A stretch of DNA of 64,000 nucleotides from Candidatus Poribacteria bacterium (GTDB lineage Bacteria > Poribacteria > WGA-4E > WGA-3G): positions 1-64,000 of the forward strand of contig CAXXUA010000005.1 of assembly GCA_963663765.2 (NCBI GenBank), given 5' to 3'. Within the stretch, counting starts at the first letter, position 1, and each line of letters opens with the position of its first letter. Below, piece by piece: positions 40,307-51,458 of this stretch. The notes beneath the pieces were generated by a model that had not been told where the DNA came from, did not search any database, and worked only from the letters and a program-made list of their open reading frames with translations. The translations under genes were made by a program, and so were the position numbers.

Positions 40307-41083
40307 ATGTCAAAACAATTACAGTGGGCAATAGGCGGACTCGCGCTACTTATAGTGGGTTTCGTCGCTTTTCAAATCTATTTGCACATAGACTTGAAAA
40401 ATTTTAAGGACGGTATTAACGGGTCGCCGAAAATAGAAACTGAAGCACCAACAACGCCAAACGTTGTTAGTGAAGAAAAACCTGAAGATGTTCCCGGCTT
40501 CAAATGGGTGCGACATGGCGACCACTGGAACAAAATGCCGATCAGTAAACCGGATGTACTTGTTGAGCATCCGGTTGTGGTGAAACCGCCATTTCCTCCC
40601 AAAACAGAGCCAAAACCGCAACCGAAGATTAAGCAGTTGTATACTGGTCCCTTAACCTATCACGAGGAATTATTGAAGACGAATCCCGCGAAAGCATTCC
40701 GTTTACAACAAGAAGAACGTGGACACTGGAGCTCACAATGGATACCGCCATTCCCGACCGATGACGAAGAAGCTCAGACGTATGCCAAAGCGCGTTATCT
40801 TTTCCATTACTATCAAAGCATAGGGGATACTGGGAATCCTGAATATGAAAAAGCATCGAGTATTTGTGTTTCAATGGTAGATACTATTATGAGTTATCCA
40901 TTTGGCGCGCGCGCGTGCGATTTGTTGAAATTGACATGGCCGAACCTTCGTGAACCAAGAGTACATTCTATTAGCACGCCATCAGACTATTTTCCAAACT
41001 ACCACACAGAGAAGGGACTTGAATTGCTAAAACCCTACATGCAGAACCTTCTCGACCATCGCCAAACACAAACCGACAAATAA
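40307..41083 (+). CDS. hypothetical membrane-anchored protein
   Basis: AAGGAGG RBS, N-terminal TM helix, WVRHGDHW motif and Pro-rich linker. Confidence 0.8.
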   Translation: MSKQLQWAIGGLALLIVGFVAFQIYLHIDLKNFKDGINGSPKIETEAPTTPNVVSEEKPEDVPGFKWVRHGDHWNKMPISKPDVLVEHPVVVKPPFPPKTEPKPQPKIKQLYTGPLTYHEELLKTNPAKAFRLQQEERGHWSSQWIPPFPTDDEEAQTYAKARYLFHYYQSIGDTGNPEYEKASSICVSMVDTIMSYPFGARACDLLKLTWPNLREPRVHSISTPSDYFPNYHTEKGLELLKPYMQNLLDHRQTQTDK

Positions 41084-41155
41084 TAAGGAGGTATTTCAAA
41101 TGTTTACAAGAAGTTTAGTTTTTATCATTTTACACTATCAAAGGAGATATTCCTA

Positions 41156-41383
41156 ATGTTGAAAAAAATAATGTGTCTGACGTTCACTGTTTTTGTTCTC
41201 TCTCTTTTCACGTATCAAAACGTGTACCACGCCCACGAGAATGAGAACCCTGAAATATTCACAGGACATACAAAAACCAGAAATGCATGGAAGACAGCAG
41301 AAAAGGCGACGGATGCCAAAAAAGACATCATGACCAATCAGCTCCTTATTTTTCGGGTGTTAAAAGCTCAGTGGAAAAACTGA
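41156..41383 (+). CDS. short secreted hypothetical protein, possibly truncated
   Basis: AAGGAG RBS and signal-like N-terminus; abuts the phage remnant. Confidence 0.45.
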   Translation: MLKKIMCLTFTVFVLSLFTYQNVYHAHENENPEIFTGHTKTRNAWKTAEKATDAKKDIMTNQLLIFRVLKAQWKN

Positions 41384-41397
41384 ACGCCGTTTGGGAT

Positions 41398-42099
41398 TCA
41401 CACTAGCAAAAGCTTGCCGATGGTAAAAAAGCAACGGCAAAGAATCTTACGAGTGCCTTCATCACTCTGGTAGGTGCCATCACAACAGGGGGACCTCCAT
41501 TGCCCATAGTGCCACACCCTACCCCGCTTCGCATCGTCCTGCTTCTGAAAACGCACCCAAATCGGGTCTCGCACCAGCAAATCAACCGGCTCTAATAAAC
41601 CACCGCCTACACTATCAAACACCATCTCAGCGAAAAGCGACCCACGCGTGAAAAGACCAGAGACTGCCTGCGCAACAATCGTGTCAAATCCACCATAGTA
41701 GTTGATGAACATCTCCATCCAACGATCAACAGCTTCAATCGTCCTGGTGTCCTCTGGATTGTCAAATTCAAACCAGAAGTATGGATTGACGAATCTGTTC
41801 GCATGCCAAAGCGACAAGTTCGCTTCTGGTGAAATGCTGATGATGATGTCCACAAGCGGAACAAGATCATCGTAAGTCTTGCGAGCAAGGACACCCACGG
41901 AGTTCGGAAACGAACACATATACAGATTGAACCGTTCAAACCCAAACCTTGTCTTTCCTGTGCCGTAGGGGCCACCGATCATCATATTCCGATGTCGTGC
42001 TGCCCATGCTTTCCGCAAATTGCCACAAGGCAAATACCCATCAGGACTAAACGCTATCGCTGGTGTCTTCGGTATCGCCTTCTTTTTTCTTGCCATCAT
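41398..42099 (-). pseudogene. phage terminase large subunit N-terminus fused to a portal-like fragment
   Basis: MIGGPYGTGKT Walker A and VLARKTYDDL are typical of TerL, then the sequence switches abruptly (GLFTRGSLFAEMVFD...DPIWVRF); far too short for TerL. Confidence 0.6.
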
Positions 42100-42565
42100 T
42101 CACAGATCCACGCACAAACTCTGTTAGTAGTTGCGCATTTCCTCCACCACAATCAGACAAGTTCACGACAACGACTTGAACAGACTGCCTTGCACTTTCT
42201 CCACCTTCAATCTCAGCATCACGATAGAACGGATCTTGTATCTTGAGCAACCACTGGAACGCACGGATGTCTTCCTTCTTCTCCGCGATTTCGCGTATCC
42301 TGGCCAGATACCCAGCTTCCACAGTTGTGCGAGCAACCTCCACACGAAAATACAACTCCAACTCCCGTTTCTGTTTGGGATTGAGATCGCCTTTCTTTAT
42401 CTTTCCATCTTCAAGCTGTTTCTGGTGGTCTTCCCCATCTCTCAACCAATTCCGAAGCGTTTGATAAGTAATCCCAGAATAGGCTGCAATGCGATACAGC
42501 GGGAGTTTAGACACCTCCACAGCAGTCACGATTCGTTCTACGATAGTCGCCGTAAGTTTAATCAT
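42047..42565 (-). CDS. probable terminase small subunit (HTH)
   Basis: KLTATIVERIV...IAAYSGITYQTLRNWL HTH and RAFQWLL; overlaps the TerL start. Confidence 0.6.
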   Translation of the reverse strand: MIKLTATIVERIVTAVEVSKLPLYRIAAYSGITYQTLRNWLRDGEDHQKQLEDGKIKKGDLNPKQKRELELYFRVEVARTTVEAGYLARIREIAEKKEDIRAFQWLLKIQDPFYRDAEIEGGESARQSVQVVVVNLSDCGGGNAQLLTEFVRGSVNDGKKKEGDTEDTSDSV

Positions 42566-42803
42566 GATTATATTAAAGCACAAAAAAAGCCGCCAATGCA
42601 TGGCAGCTCTGAATTCTGTTTTCACAACTATATTTTAGATACAATTATTTGATTTGGTGTTGCTTCTTCTGTTCAGTATTGTTCCAAACACCATCATTAT
42701 GAACATATTAAGACTTTTTATTATATATACTTTATTTTATTGATTAATATTGCCTGATATGTTATTCTATTCTGCTGTTCAATTTATTATAAGGAGATAT
42801 TCA

Positions 42804-43382
42804 ATGTTAAAAACACCATTTATATACATATTAGTGTTCACAATCATGTTTTCAATGGGATGTGGCACCGATGTAAAACCCAATTATTTTATAGGCATGT
42901 TCCGAAATGCAAATGATATAGATCGCCTTTCTGGTTGCTTGTCCGAGATACCTCAAATAGATGAAGACGGCAATATCGTAATCACAGCAGATCAACAATG
43001 CCTTATAGATTTATCAAACCAAGACACAACTGATCCAAATCAAAATGTCACCTTTACTGAAATATTAAATGATCCTGAAGCATACTTAGACAGAATAGTA
43101 ACCTTTGAAGCAACCTTAAAAAAAGTAGATTATGGTTCTACCTTTCATTTATATACCAATAGAAACCTAATGGATTTTGTGATTACCTCTCATGGTGCTG
43201 ATATATTTACATTAGATGAAAATGGAGAAGAAGTTGAACTTTATAGAAATCAGCAATATGAATTCACTACTAGAATTTACGAAATAAAAATTAATGATAA
43301 CAAGATTTGGGAAATTAAGGCTGAATTTATTATTACTGAAAATAAAGAGGTAATTCACCAACCTGTGCCGATAACAGAATAA
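42804..43382 (+). CDS. hypothetical lipoprotein
   Basis: AAGGAG RBS; hydrophobic leader ending in an SMGC lipobox-like motif. Confidence 0.7.
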   Translation: MLKTPFIYILVFTIMFSMGCGTDVKPNYFIGMFRNANDIDRLSGCLSEIPQIDEDGNIVITADQQCLIDLSNQDTTDPNQNVTFTEILNDPEAYLDRIVTFEATLKKVDYGSTFHLYTNRNLMDFVITSHGADIFTLDENGEEVELYRNQQYEFTTRIYEIKINDNKIWEIKAEFIITENKEVIHQPVPITE

Positions 43383-43474
43383 TAAAGACTATAGCTACCA
43401 ATCCGTGTTAATATAGAGGTGTATTCGTTTGCACCTCTATATTCTATTGTGCCAATGGATCTATTCCTGTTTAC

Positions 43475-43989
43475 TCACACCAACCCCTCCACCCCAACAA
43501 TAGGCGGATACACCTCCCACTCCGAAAAATCCCGCTGCCACACCGCCTCAATCGTTTCATCCGTTCCGGGAATCTTGTGCTGGTTCTGCGGAAACACCGA
43601 AAACACCACATGCTTAAAAGCTGAACCCTCCCGATGCTTCTTCACTGGACAAAACGGATTATGATTAGCATACGGTATAGTCGTATCGGCACACATAGTC
43701 AAAAGATCCCATTTCGCTTTTTCCGCTCATAAACCAATATCCGACGGTCTATGTCCTCACGTTCTTCCCACTTGCGAACAAATTGAAACCATACAAGTTT
43801 AGCAGCAGGATGTATCTCTTCATGAATACCAAAGACAGCATGCTCATGGTCTGCTGCCCATACTAATACCTTGTCGTCAAGATACGGTTCAAGCGACCAA
43901 TTTGGGAGTTGTATGTGTTTATCCAATGTCTTCTTTTTTGTTGGTAGGGTACTAAAATTGAAATAGACGCAGACATACATAAAACCCAT
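43475..43989 (-). other. two small overlapping phage-like hypothetical ORFs
   Basis: ORFs 43699-43989 and 43475-43702 overlap by 4 nt and share the strand of the terminase genes. Confidence 0.35.
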
Positions 43990-44350
43990 TGCCTACGCCA
44001 TTGATACCACATGCCAGATATTCACTTTTTTAGGTTTTTAGAAGTTACCTCTCTGCTTTTTTTAGGTGTTCAGCCACAATGGGGTACTAAAATTAAAATA
44101 GACGCAGACATATCAAGTTTTCATTAAAACATTGCAGATTTCTTTGAAAAAGAATTCGGAATTGGTAAAAATAAATTCAATGGCAACTGTCATGAATAAC
44201 TGCAATACGCTAATAGGTCTCTCGGTTTTAGAAGACCAGAAGTCATCCAAAGCAAAACAGTTGACATTATCTTGTAAATTTGCTAATCTTGTTTAACCAC
44301 ATCAGTGATATTACACAACTATGAATAACATCTCAATAGGAGCAAGATCC

Positions 44351-46183
44351 ATGAAAAACAGATTGTATGTAATTCTTCTATCATTTCTTATGTTGGTTAC
44401 TTTATCAACAAGCTGCTTCGCTTATGGTATATGGACAATTTATGAGATCAAATACTCTCCTGATGGTAAAAAACTCGCGATATGGGATTATAAAGACATT
44501 TTACTTTACGATACACAGACAGGTCTGGAACTTGAGAACTTTTTTGCTTCACCTATAGGAATTACCTCTATAGCGTTCAGTCCAGATAGTAAAATACTTG
44601 CCACAGGGAATAGGGATAAGACAATTCGTTTGTGGGATACTGGTGATGCAGACAACGGTATCGGTTTGCGGAAACTAATAGGAAATGTAGATGTTTTTAA
44701 GGGACATAAGGATAGTGTTACAAATATAGCATTCAGTCCAGATGGCAAAAAACTTGCAAGTGGAAGTTCGGATAAAACCGTCCGCTTATGGGATGTGGAA
44801 ACAGGTAAACAGCTGCATACCCTCAAAGGACATCGAGAAAACGTTATGTGCCTCGCGTTTAGTCCAGATGGAAATACAATCGCTGTAGGTCATTGGGGAG
44901 GAGTGTATCTGTGGGATGCAAACTCAGGCAAACGACACCGAAAAATCAACCAACTCCCAATACATAAAAAGGATACAGCTTCAGTTAACAGTATTGCGTT
45001 TAGTCCAGATGGAAATACAATCGTTACTGGCAATTCCGACAATTCTTTCTACTTGTGGGATTCTAATACAGGAAAACTAATCCATACACTTAGTCAAACG
45101 CAGATAGATACACAGAATTACAGAATAGTGCAAAAAACTTATTTTTCTCGTCCAGTCAAATCAAAACCGGTTTGGGACAGCAGTGTTGCGTTTAGTCCTG
45201 ATGGGAACACAATAGCTACTGGGACTCGTAGTGGTGTTGATTTGTTTGATGCAAAGTCTGGACAAAAAAACCAAATATTCCAACGACGTATTTGTTCAGT
45301 CAGAAGTATTGCCTTTAGTCCAGATGGAAACACAATTGCCCTGAGTGGTTCGGATAATTTATTGATGTTTGATATGAACACCGGACAAGAAATCACGCTT
45401 CCCTTTAGTATCGTAAAATGTGTTTATAGTGTAGGGTTTACTCCTAAAGGCAGTATGGTTGCAAGTGGGTACGTTAATAATACTCTTCGTCTGTGGGATG
45501 TGGATACAGGTAAAGTGTTATTCACAGCACCTGCAGATTGGAGATCGTTTAGTAAAACTGCTACACTTAGTCCAGATAGCAAAACTCTTGCAATAGTAAG
45601 TTATAACAATACCGTTGAAGTGTGGGATACAAGAACAAAACAGATACTTGGTGTGCTTCCTAAACATAGGGATGATATCAACAGCATTGCGTTCAGTGCA
45701 GATAGCAAAACTCTTGTAAGTGCCAGTCGCTGGGAAGTCACTTATTGGGATGTGAACACAGGAAAAATGATCAATTCCTTCAAGCAACTCCAAAGACGCG
45801 ATTCAATTACAAGCGTCGCGTTCAGTTGGAATGGAAAGATGATCGTTACAGGAAGTTCTAACGGTACCATACGTCTTAGGGATGCAAATTCTGGTGAACA
45901 GATACGAATGTTTAGAATAAAACAGAACGTCCGGATAAATTGTATTGCGTTTAGTCCGGATAACAAAACAATCGTTACGGGTGGAAATGACGAAAACCTG
46001 CTACTGTATGATACGAATTCAGGAAAACATATCAGAACGATTAAAGAACATCAGAGATATATAAACAGCGTAGCATTCAGTGCAGATGGAAAAAGTATCG
46101 TTAGCACAAGTAAAGATGAAATCTATCTTTGGGATGCCAACACTGGACAAGAAATCCAGACTTCACTTAGCTTACAACCCTAA
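44351..46183 (+). CDS. secreted WD40 repeat protein
   Basis: About 13-14 repeats SIAFSPDG..IA.G..D.T.RLWD; signal peptide; AGGAG RBS before MKNRL. Confidence 0.93.
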   Translation: MKNRLYVILLSFLMLVTLSTSCFAYGIWTIYEIKYSPDGKKLAIWDYKDILLYDTQTGLELENFFASPIGITSIAFSPDSKILATGNRDKTIRLWDTGDADNGIGLRKLIGNVDVFKGHKDSVTNIAFSPDGKKLASGSSDKTVRLWDVETGKQLHTLKGHRENVMCLAFSPDGNTIAVGHWGGVYLWDANSGKRHRKINQLPIHKKDTASVNSIAFSPDGNTIVTGNSDNSFYLWDSNTGKLIHTLSQTQIDTQNYRIVQKTYFSRPVKSKPVWDSSVAFSPDGNTIATGTRSGVDLFDAKSGQKNQIFQRRICSVRSIAFSPDGNTIALSGSDNLLMFDMNTGQEITLPFSIVKCVYSVGFTPKGSMVASGYVNNTLRLWDVDTGKVLFTAPADWRSFSKTATLSPDSKTLAIVSYNNTVEVWDTRTKQILGVLPKHRDDINSIAFSADSKTLVSASRWEVTYWDVNTGKMINSFKQLQRRDSITSVAFSWNGKMIVTGSSNGTIRLRDANSGEQIRMFRIKQNVRINCIAFSPDNKTIVTGGNDENLLLYDTNSGKHIRTIKEHQRYINSVAFSADGKSIVSTSKDEIYLWDANTGQEIQTSLSLQP

Positions 46184-46206
46184 AATGTACAATAATGAAT
46201 TCTAAA

Positions 46207-46328
46207 CAGGACTTACGCAGTATTCTTGATCAAATCAAGAATTATGATGAAAACGATGTCCGTATCAGCATTATTATTGGTTTCCAACGCTCTTACAAAG
46301 TTCGTCTACTGTTTTTGCGTAAGTCCTG
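46207..46328 (-). mobile_element. MITE family A (diverged)
   Basis: Intact TIRs, degenerate REP arm; flanks CTAAA/CTAAT. Confidence 0.85.
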
Positions 46329-46404
46329 CTAATGAACTGTCGTAAATCCAATATCTCACCGAATCACAATTGAAGAAACCACAACCAAATACCGTTTAAA
46401 ATCA

Positions 46405-49113
46405 ATGTCAATACAAATCCAAAATAGACTTACTGAATTTATTCCAAACCTGAACATTTCACAAGATGTTTTGCAAAAACAGTTAGCTGCGTTCATTCAA
46501 TCTGAACGGGAACGGCTCAAGACAAGCATCTTAGCAGGAGAGAGCGGATTCCCCGCGTGTGCTACACACACACAGATATGGGACGCTGTGATCCAAAAAG
46601 TATATGAAGCTTCTGCGTTTCAGATACAAGACGAATACGCAAAACAGATTGAGGAACTGCTAAAAATACCAGGAATTGATTACAGTGATTTCTCAGAGAG
46701 CACACCGGACGAATGGTCGCCTGATATTTCACTGTACGCTGTAGGAAGTTATGGTAGAAACGAGCTCTGCTACTATTCAGATGTGGACGTAGTCTATACC
46801 TCTTCTGTTGACCTTGAGGAAGTCTACGATGAAGGCACTCTTGAACTCATCAGATGGTACTACGACTTTTTTGACAGTTTACATACCATCATCCCAAACT
46901 TTGAATTTAGTTTCATTTACCGTCCAATGTCAGACATAGCAAAGTGGAACTATATGGACATGACAGCACTGATCGATATGCGATTTATTGTTGGAGACAC
47001 TTCGCTTACAGAAAAATTCCGTAAAGCGGTCTATTCTGAAAAATCTGACATCTCGCTTGTACTTGACCTTCTAAAATCAAAAGCGGATTCCTTCAAAGCC
47101 TCGGAAGATACAATCTACCTAAACCAACCGGATGTGAAAACAGGTCGTGGTGGGTTGCGGACACTTCAATATGCACTATGGATATGCGGACTGCCTCAGT
47201 TTACGCCAGTTCTGGAACTTTATGAACGTTATAATGACGAACAACTGATGCCTTCTCTTGATTTTATGTTCAAGGTGCGCAATTTGCTTCATGTGTTGGC
47301 AGACACACAACATGACTCGCTCTCTTTTCATCCGGAACACGGTGATAAACTTCAATCACAAATTGCTTCTGCAATCGGTTATACAGATGATTCTGAAGAT
47401 GGTCGTTATGACTTCATGATGGACTATTATGCAAAAGCTAAGTACTTGCATTTTAAAGCAGAACTACTGATACGAAAGTTCCTTGCAAACGGTATTCCAG
47501 TTTCAGATGTACTGGGTGTGAGAACTGACATCCTATATTGTATTGACAATAATTTCGGTGAGCTTGATACAGACGAACTTTTCAAACTTTTTACATATTT
47601 CCAACAATACGACTTTGAGATTGACCCGTCACTTGCTACCTTTATTTTTGCTTATGTGGACGCGTTTGACTGGGAACGTTTAACATCAAGAATGGCTGAA
47701 CTGCTAAACACATCTGGCAATGTTGAAAAGACATTAACACGACTACACAGACTCGGTATCTTATCACGACTTGGTGAAGGTGGCGAACGTTTTGAGAAAG
47801 CCATGCTCACACGAAGTGAACGCAGCCTTGACCCTTATACCGTTGGCAAACACACTCTTGTTTCAATAGGACACCTTGATGAGATTCGTAGAACTGAATC
47901 TGACAGTCCTTTCGGAGGACCTCGTTTCGGACAGCAGCTGGCACCTACAGCAAACTCAGAGTTAGAGGAATTGAACACTGCCTTCCGCACACTTGCTGAT
48001 CCGACACCACTATACATGGCACTATTTCTCCATGATATAGATAAACCGGATCCGGCACACCCACAGACTGGTGCAGAAAAGGCAAAACGCATCGCACCAG
48101 AATTCGGTTTCAACCCGCAACAGACAGATGACATCTGCTTCCTAATTCGGGAACACCTCAGCATGATTGACTTAGCACGTTATCATCAATGGGACGAGGC
48201 TACCATCTCAGAATTTTGCGAAAAAGTAAACTCATTGGAACGGCTAACCGCACTTTATCTCCTTACATACTGCGATTCAAAAGCGAACGGTTCACAAAAC
48301 TTTAGCAATCTGGTAAAACATAATCTCAAACGATTGTATGAAGTAGTTCGTGTGCGTTTCGTTGGACAAGAAGAATCTCAATGGGGTGTTTACGCACAAC
48401 CAGAAGTATTTCAACAGTTTCTACATCAGATGCCAGTTACCTATCGTATCAGTATTGCCCCTGAAGAGATCGCAATGCACATGAAGATGATTGCACAAGC
48501 AGAAACTACAACACCTGAAAAACAGGAACAAACAGCAAGTGCTGCCATCCTCCAATTCGTTGACAAAACAGGTTTTACGGAAATGCATCATTGTAGTCCC
48601 AGTCGGATTGGTAAGTTGCACACTGTGAGTGGTCTGTTCTTCGCAAATAACATTGATGTCCGTGATGCACGTGTTTACACAAAACAGGATACAAACGTCG
48701 AGCTGGAAATCTACCGACTTGTTCATCAACCACCGCATCATAGCGGAGAACCACTACCACTTGACGAAGAACTAAAACGGGATTTAGATTTTGACATCCG
48801 TAGCTTGATGGCGCAGGAGGTTACTCTTGAACAGATTTTTGAAAAACACTATGTAGACCCATCAGGAACATGGCGAGTAGATGATATCTCCGTAGAATCT
48901 GCAAGAAGTTACACTGAAATCGTTGTGACAGGTGAAGAAAAGGTCGGTTTCCTCCACTATTTAAGCGGTATTTTAGCTAAATTGGAATTGAACGTTGAAA
49001 TGTGTAAGTGTTCTGGGTTGGGTGGTCAAGCAATAGATCGGTTTTATGTACAACCTGTCGCTGATCATCAAAAAGTGCGCGACCAAATTTTAGCGGAGTT
49101 ACCAATTGAATAG
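46405..49113 (+). CDS. glnD: [protein-PII] uridylyltransferase/uridylyl-removing enzyme
   Basis: AVGSYGRNEL..SDVDV NTase, PDVKTGRGGLR, YTVGKHT...LHDIDK HD domain and two C-terminal ACT-like regions; 902 aa. Confidence 0.85.
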   Translation: MSIQIQNRLTEFIPNLNISQDVLQKQLAAFIQSERERLKTSILAGESGFPACATHTQIWDAVIQKVYEASAFQIQDEYAKQIEELLKIPGIDYSDFSESTPDEWSPDISLYAVGSYGRNELCYYSDVDVVYTSSVDLEEVYDEGTLELIRWYYDFFDSLHTIIPNFEFSFIYRPMSDIAKWNYMDMTALIDMRFIVGDTSLTEKFRKAVYSEKSDISLVLDLLKSKADSFKASEDTIYLNQPDVKTGRGGLRTLQYALWICGLPQFTPVLELYERYNDEQLMPSLDFMFKVRNLLHVLADTQHDSLSFHPEHGDKLQSQIASAIGYTDDSEDGRYDFMMDYYAKAKYLHFKAELLIRKFLANGIPVSDVLGVRTDILYCIDNNFGELDTDELFKLFTYFQQYDFEIDPSLATFIFAYVDAFDWERLTSRMAELLNTSGNVEKTLTRLHRLGILSRLGEGGERFEKAMLTRSERSLDPYTVGKHTLVSIGHLDEIRRTESDSPFGGPRFGQQLAPTANSELEELNTAFRTLADPTPLYMALFLHDIDKPDPAHPQTGAEKAKRIAPEFGFNPQQTDDICFLIREHLSMIDLARYHQWDEATISEFCEKVNSLERLTALYLLTYCDSKANGSQNFSNLVKHNLKRLYEVVRVRFVGQEESQWGVYAQPEVFQQFLHQMPVTYRISIAPEEIAMHMKMIAQAETTTPEKQEQTASAAILQFVDKTGFTEMHHCSPSRIGKLHTVSGLFFANNIDVRDARVYTKQDTNVELEIYRLVHQPPHHSGEPLPLDEELKRDLDFDIRSLMAQEVTLEQIFEKHYVDPSGTWRVDDISVESARSYTEIVVTGEEKVGFLHYLSGILAKLELNVEMCKCSGLGGQAIDRFYVQPVADHQKVRDQILAELPIE

Positions 49114-49119
49114 GAAACA

Positions 49120-49869
49120 ATGAAACAACGAGTACTTCTTACAGGTGCAGCGGGAACAGTCGGATCAACACTCTGGCAAGCATGGGAAAAGCAAGACAAC
49201 TACACATTAACCCTAACGGACATCAAGCCGATTGTGAATGCCACTTCTCGTGTGGAACAGGTTGACATTCGAGATTACGATGCAATGCAAGCGTTGTGCC
49301 AAGAACAAGATGTTTTGGTACATCTTGCCTATCTCCGTCACTATTCACTCGGTAAAATTCCTGATGAAGTGAACGACATCACCGTTTCAATGAACCTGTT
49401 TGATGCAGCCCGAGAAAGTGGTATTAAGAAGATTGTATACGCCAGCACAAACCATGTAACTGGATGGAACGAAAGAATAAGTTCACCACCAAAATTATCT
49501 ACTGGAGATCAGTTCCGTCCGGATGGTTGGTATGGCGCAATGAAGGGCATGGCAGAAATTGCGGGGAGATACCTTGTTGACGCACACGATATGCGATTTA
49601 TCAGCATCCGTATTGGGAGTTACAATGGCACCTCCGAACCGAAAGGGATTCGACACTGCAGCACACTCCTGACACCGCGCGACTGTGTACAACTATTCAG
49701 TTTAGCAGTGGATTGCAACGGTCCCGTCAAATACCTGATTACTTATGGACGTTCCGCAAATTCAAGTGGGTATCAGCAGAGTTACCTTGACATCAGGGGT
49801 GCCGTTGAGGTTTTAGGTTATAAACCAGAAGACAATTTAGTCAAGACACACCTTCATAAATTCTCCTAA
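49120..49869 (+). CDS. NAD-dependent epimerase/dehydratase (uronate dehydrogenase-like)
   Basis: TGAAGTVG, YASTNH, YGAMK and IRIGS motifs. Confidence 0.85.
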   Translation: MKQRVLLTGAAGTVGSTLWQAWEKQDNYTLTLTDIKPIVNATSRVEQVDIRDYDAMQALCQEQDVLVHLAYLRHYSLGKIPDEVNDITVSMNLFDAARESGIKKIVYASTNHVTGWNERISSPPKLSTGDQFRPDGWYGAMKGMAEIAGRYLVDAHDMRFISIRIGSYNGTSEPKGIRHCSTLLTPRDCVQLFSLAVDCNGPVKYLITYGRSANSSGYQQSYLDIRGAVEVLGYKPEDNLVKTHLHKFS

Positions 49870-49877
49870 AGCAAACC

Positions 49878-50588
49878 ATGAATGCAGAACCTCGTTACAA
49901 CGATATATATTATAAACGCACAACATACCACTCACAGATCATTGATCCTGTTGATGGACATACAATCGGTTTACAAGAAATCACATCTCCGATTGACTGG
50001 CCGACTCTATTTGACAATTCACATCCAATTGAAATTGAGATTGGGTTCGGTAAAGGTAGGTTTTTGTTTGAAGCGTCAAGGTTATTTCCTCACGTAAACT
50101 ATATTGGCGTGGAACGCGCGCAAAAGTATGTAAAACTAACGAAAGAACGGTTTGCCAAATACATGCAGCATTTTTCGCTGGATAAAAAATCGGGGATATT
50201 TAAGAACGTTCGCCTTGCTTGGACTGATGCGAATTTCTTTTTGACAAGATATGTACCTGATCAATCCGTGCAAGCCTATCATATCTATTTCCCTGACCCG
50301 TGGCCAAAAGCACGTCAGCAGAAACGCAGAATCTTTCGAAATAAAGATTTCTTGACAGCAATCGACAAAACACTTACGCTTGATGGTGGTAGATTGTACG
50401 TGGTAACTGACTATGCAGAGTATTATAGTGAGATACAGGAACGAATTGCACAACATACGTCTTTACAACGTGTCGTGCTGAAATCAAATGAATATAAACA
50501 AATTACAACCAATTTTGAAATGAAGTATCAATCAGAAGGTAGAAAAATCTATCGCGCGGTCTATGAAAATCTCAATAAAATAAGGTGA
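49878..50588 (+). CDS. trmB: tRNA (guanine-N7)-methyltransferase
   Basis: EIGFGKG, FPDPWPK..KRR, VTD and TNFEMKY motifs. Confidence 0.93.
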   Translation: MNAEPRYNDIYYKRTTYHSQIIDPVDGHTIGLQEITSPIDWPTLFDNSHPIEIEIGFGKGRFLFEASRLFPHVNYIGVERAQKYVKLTKERFAKYMQHFSLDKKSGIFKNVRLAWTDANFFLTRYVPDQSVQAYHIYFPDPWPKARQQKRRIFRNKDFLTAIDKTLTLDGGRLYVVTDYAEYYSEIQERIAQHTSLQRVVLKSNEYKQITTNFEMKYQSEGRKIYRAVYENLNKIR

Positions 50589-50592
50589 TATA

Positions 50593-51168
50593 ATGGCGTC
50601 TGCAGCTGCAAAAATTCTCCTAACACCAGATGAATATCTTATTATGGAACGAGAAGCGGAATTCAAAAGTGAATACCGTAACGGGCGAATAGTTGCACTG
50701 CCTGGAGCAAGTCGTCAACATAACCTTATCTCTGGCAATATATTTGGCGAGATATACTTGCAATTATTAAATAGAACATGTGAAGTTTATACAAACGATA
50801 TGCGTGTGAAGGTAAGTGGTACGGGATTATACACGTATCCAGATGTTGTCGTAGTGTGTGATGAACCGCAGTTTGAGGACAATCACGTTGATACGCTTCT
50901 CAATCCAACTGTCATTGTAGAGGTGCTTTCCCCATCAACTGAGACTTATGATAGGAATGACAAGTTTTTATCCTATCAAACCCTTGAATCTCTTCAGGAA
51001 TACATACTCGTATCGCAAAAGAGGGTGGGTGTTGAACAGTATGTACGACAAAACGGAACGTGGATTCTGAGAGAGTTTCATTCGCTTGAAGATGTGCTTC
51101 AACTTGCGTCAATAGCCTGTAAGTTAGCATTGCGTGCAATTTATGCAAAAGTCAAATTTTTGAGGTAG
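50593..51168 (+). CDS. Uma2 family endonuclease
   Basis: YPDVVVVC and VEVLSPSTETYDR motifs. Confidence 0.92.
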   Translation: MASAAAKILLTPDEYLIMEREAEFKSEYRNGRIVALPGASRQHNLISGNIFGEIYLQLLNRTCEVYTNDMRVKVSGTGLYTYPDVVVVCDEPQFEDNHVDTLLNPTVIVEVLSPSTETYDRNDKFLSYQTLESLQEYILVSQKRVGVEQYVRQNGTWILREFHSLEDVLQLASIACKLALRAIYAKVKFLR

Positions 51169-51174
51169 CGGAAA

Positions 51175-51432
51175 ATGAAGGAAAATCAGCTAAAAATGTG
51201 GCTATCCCTTCCAAATACTCCGGGGGTGTATCTTATGAAAGCCTCCGACGGTTCCCCTATCTTTATCGGGAAAACGGTGAACCTACGGAGTCGAGTCCGT
51301 TCCTATTTCCAGCTGAGTGGTCACTCCGAAAACCCAGTGACTGCACAGATGATGCGGTATGTAACAGAAGTAGATTATATTATCACAAGTACCGAAATCG
51401 AAGTACTTATATTGGAAAACAATCTATTATGA
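51175..51432 (+). pseudogene. uvrC: duplicated 5' fragment of uvrC (GIY-YIG part)
   Basis: Near copy of the first 85 aa of 52041-53912, with YIGKA changed to FIGKT, then a stop. Confidence 0.9.
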
Positions 51433-51458
51433 AAAACGCAAGAATGTAAGGTGACATA

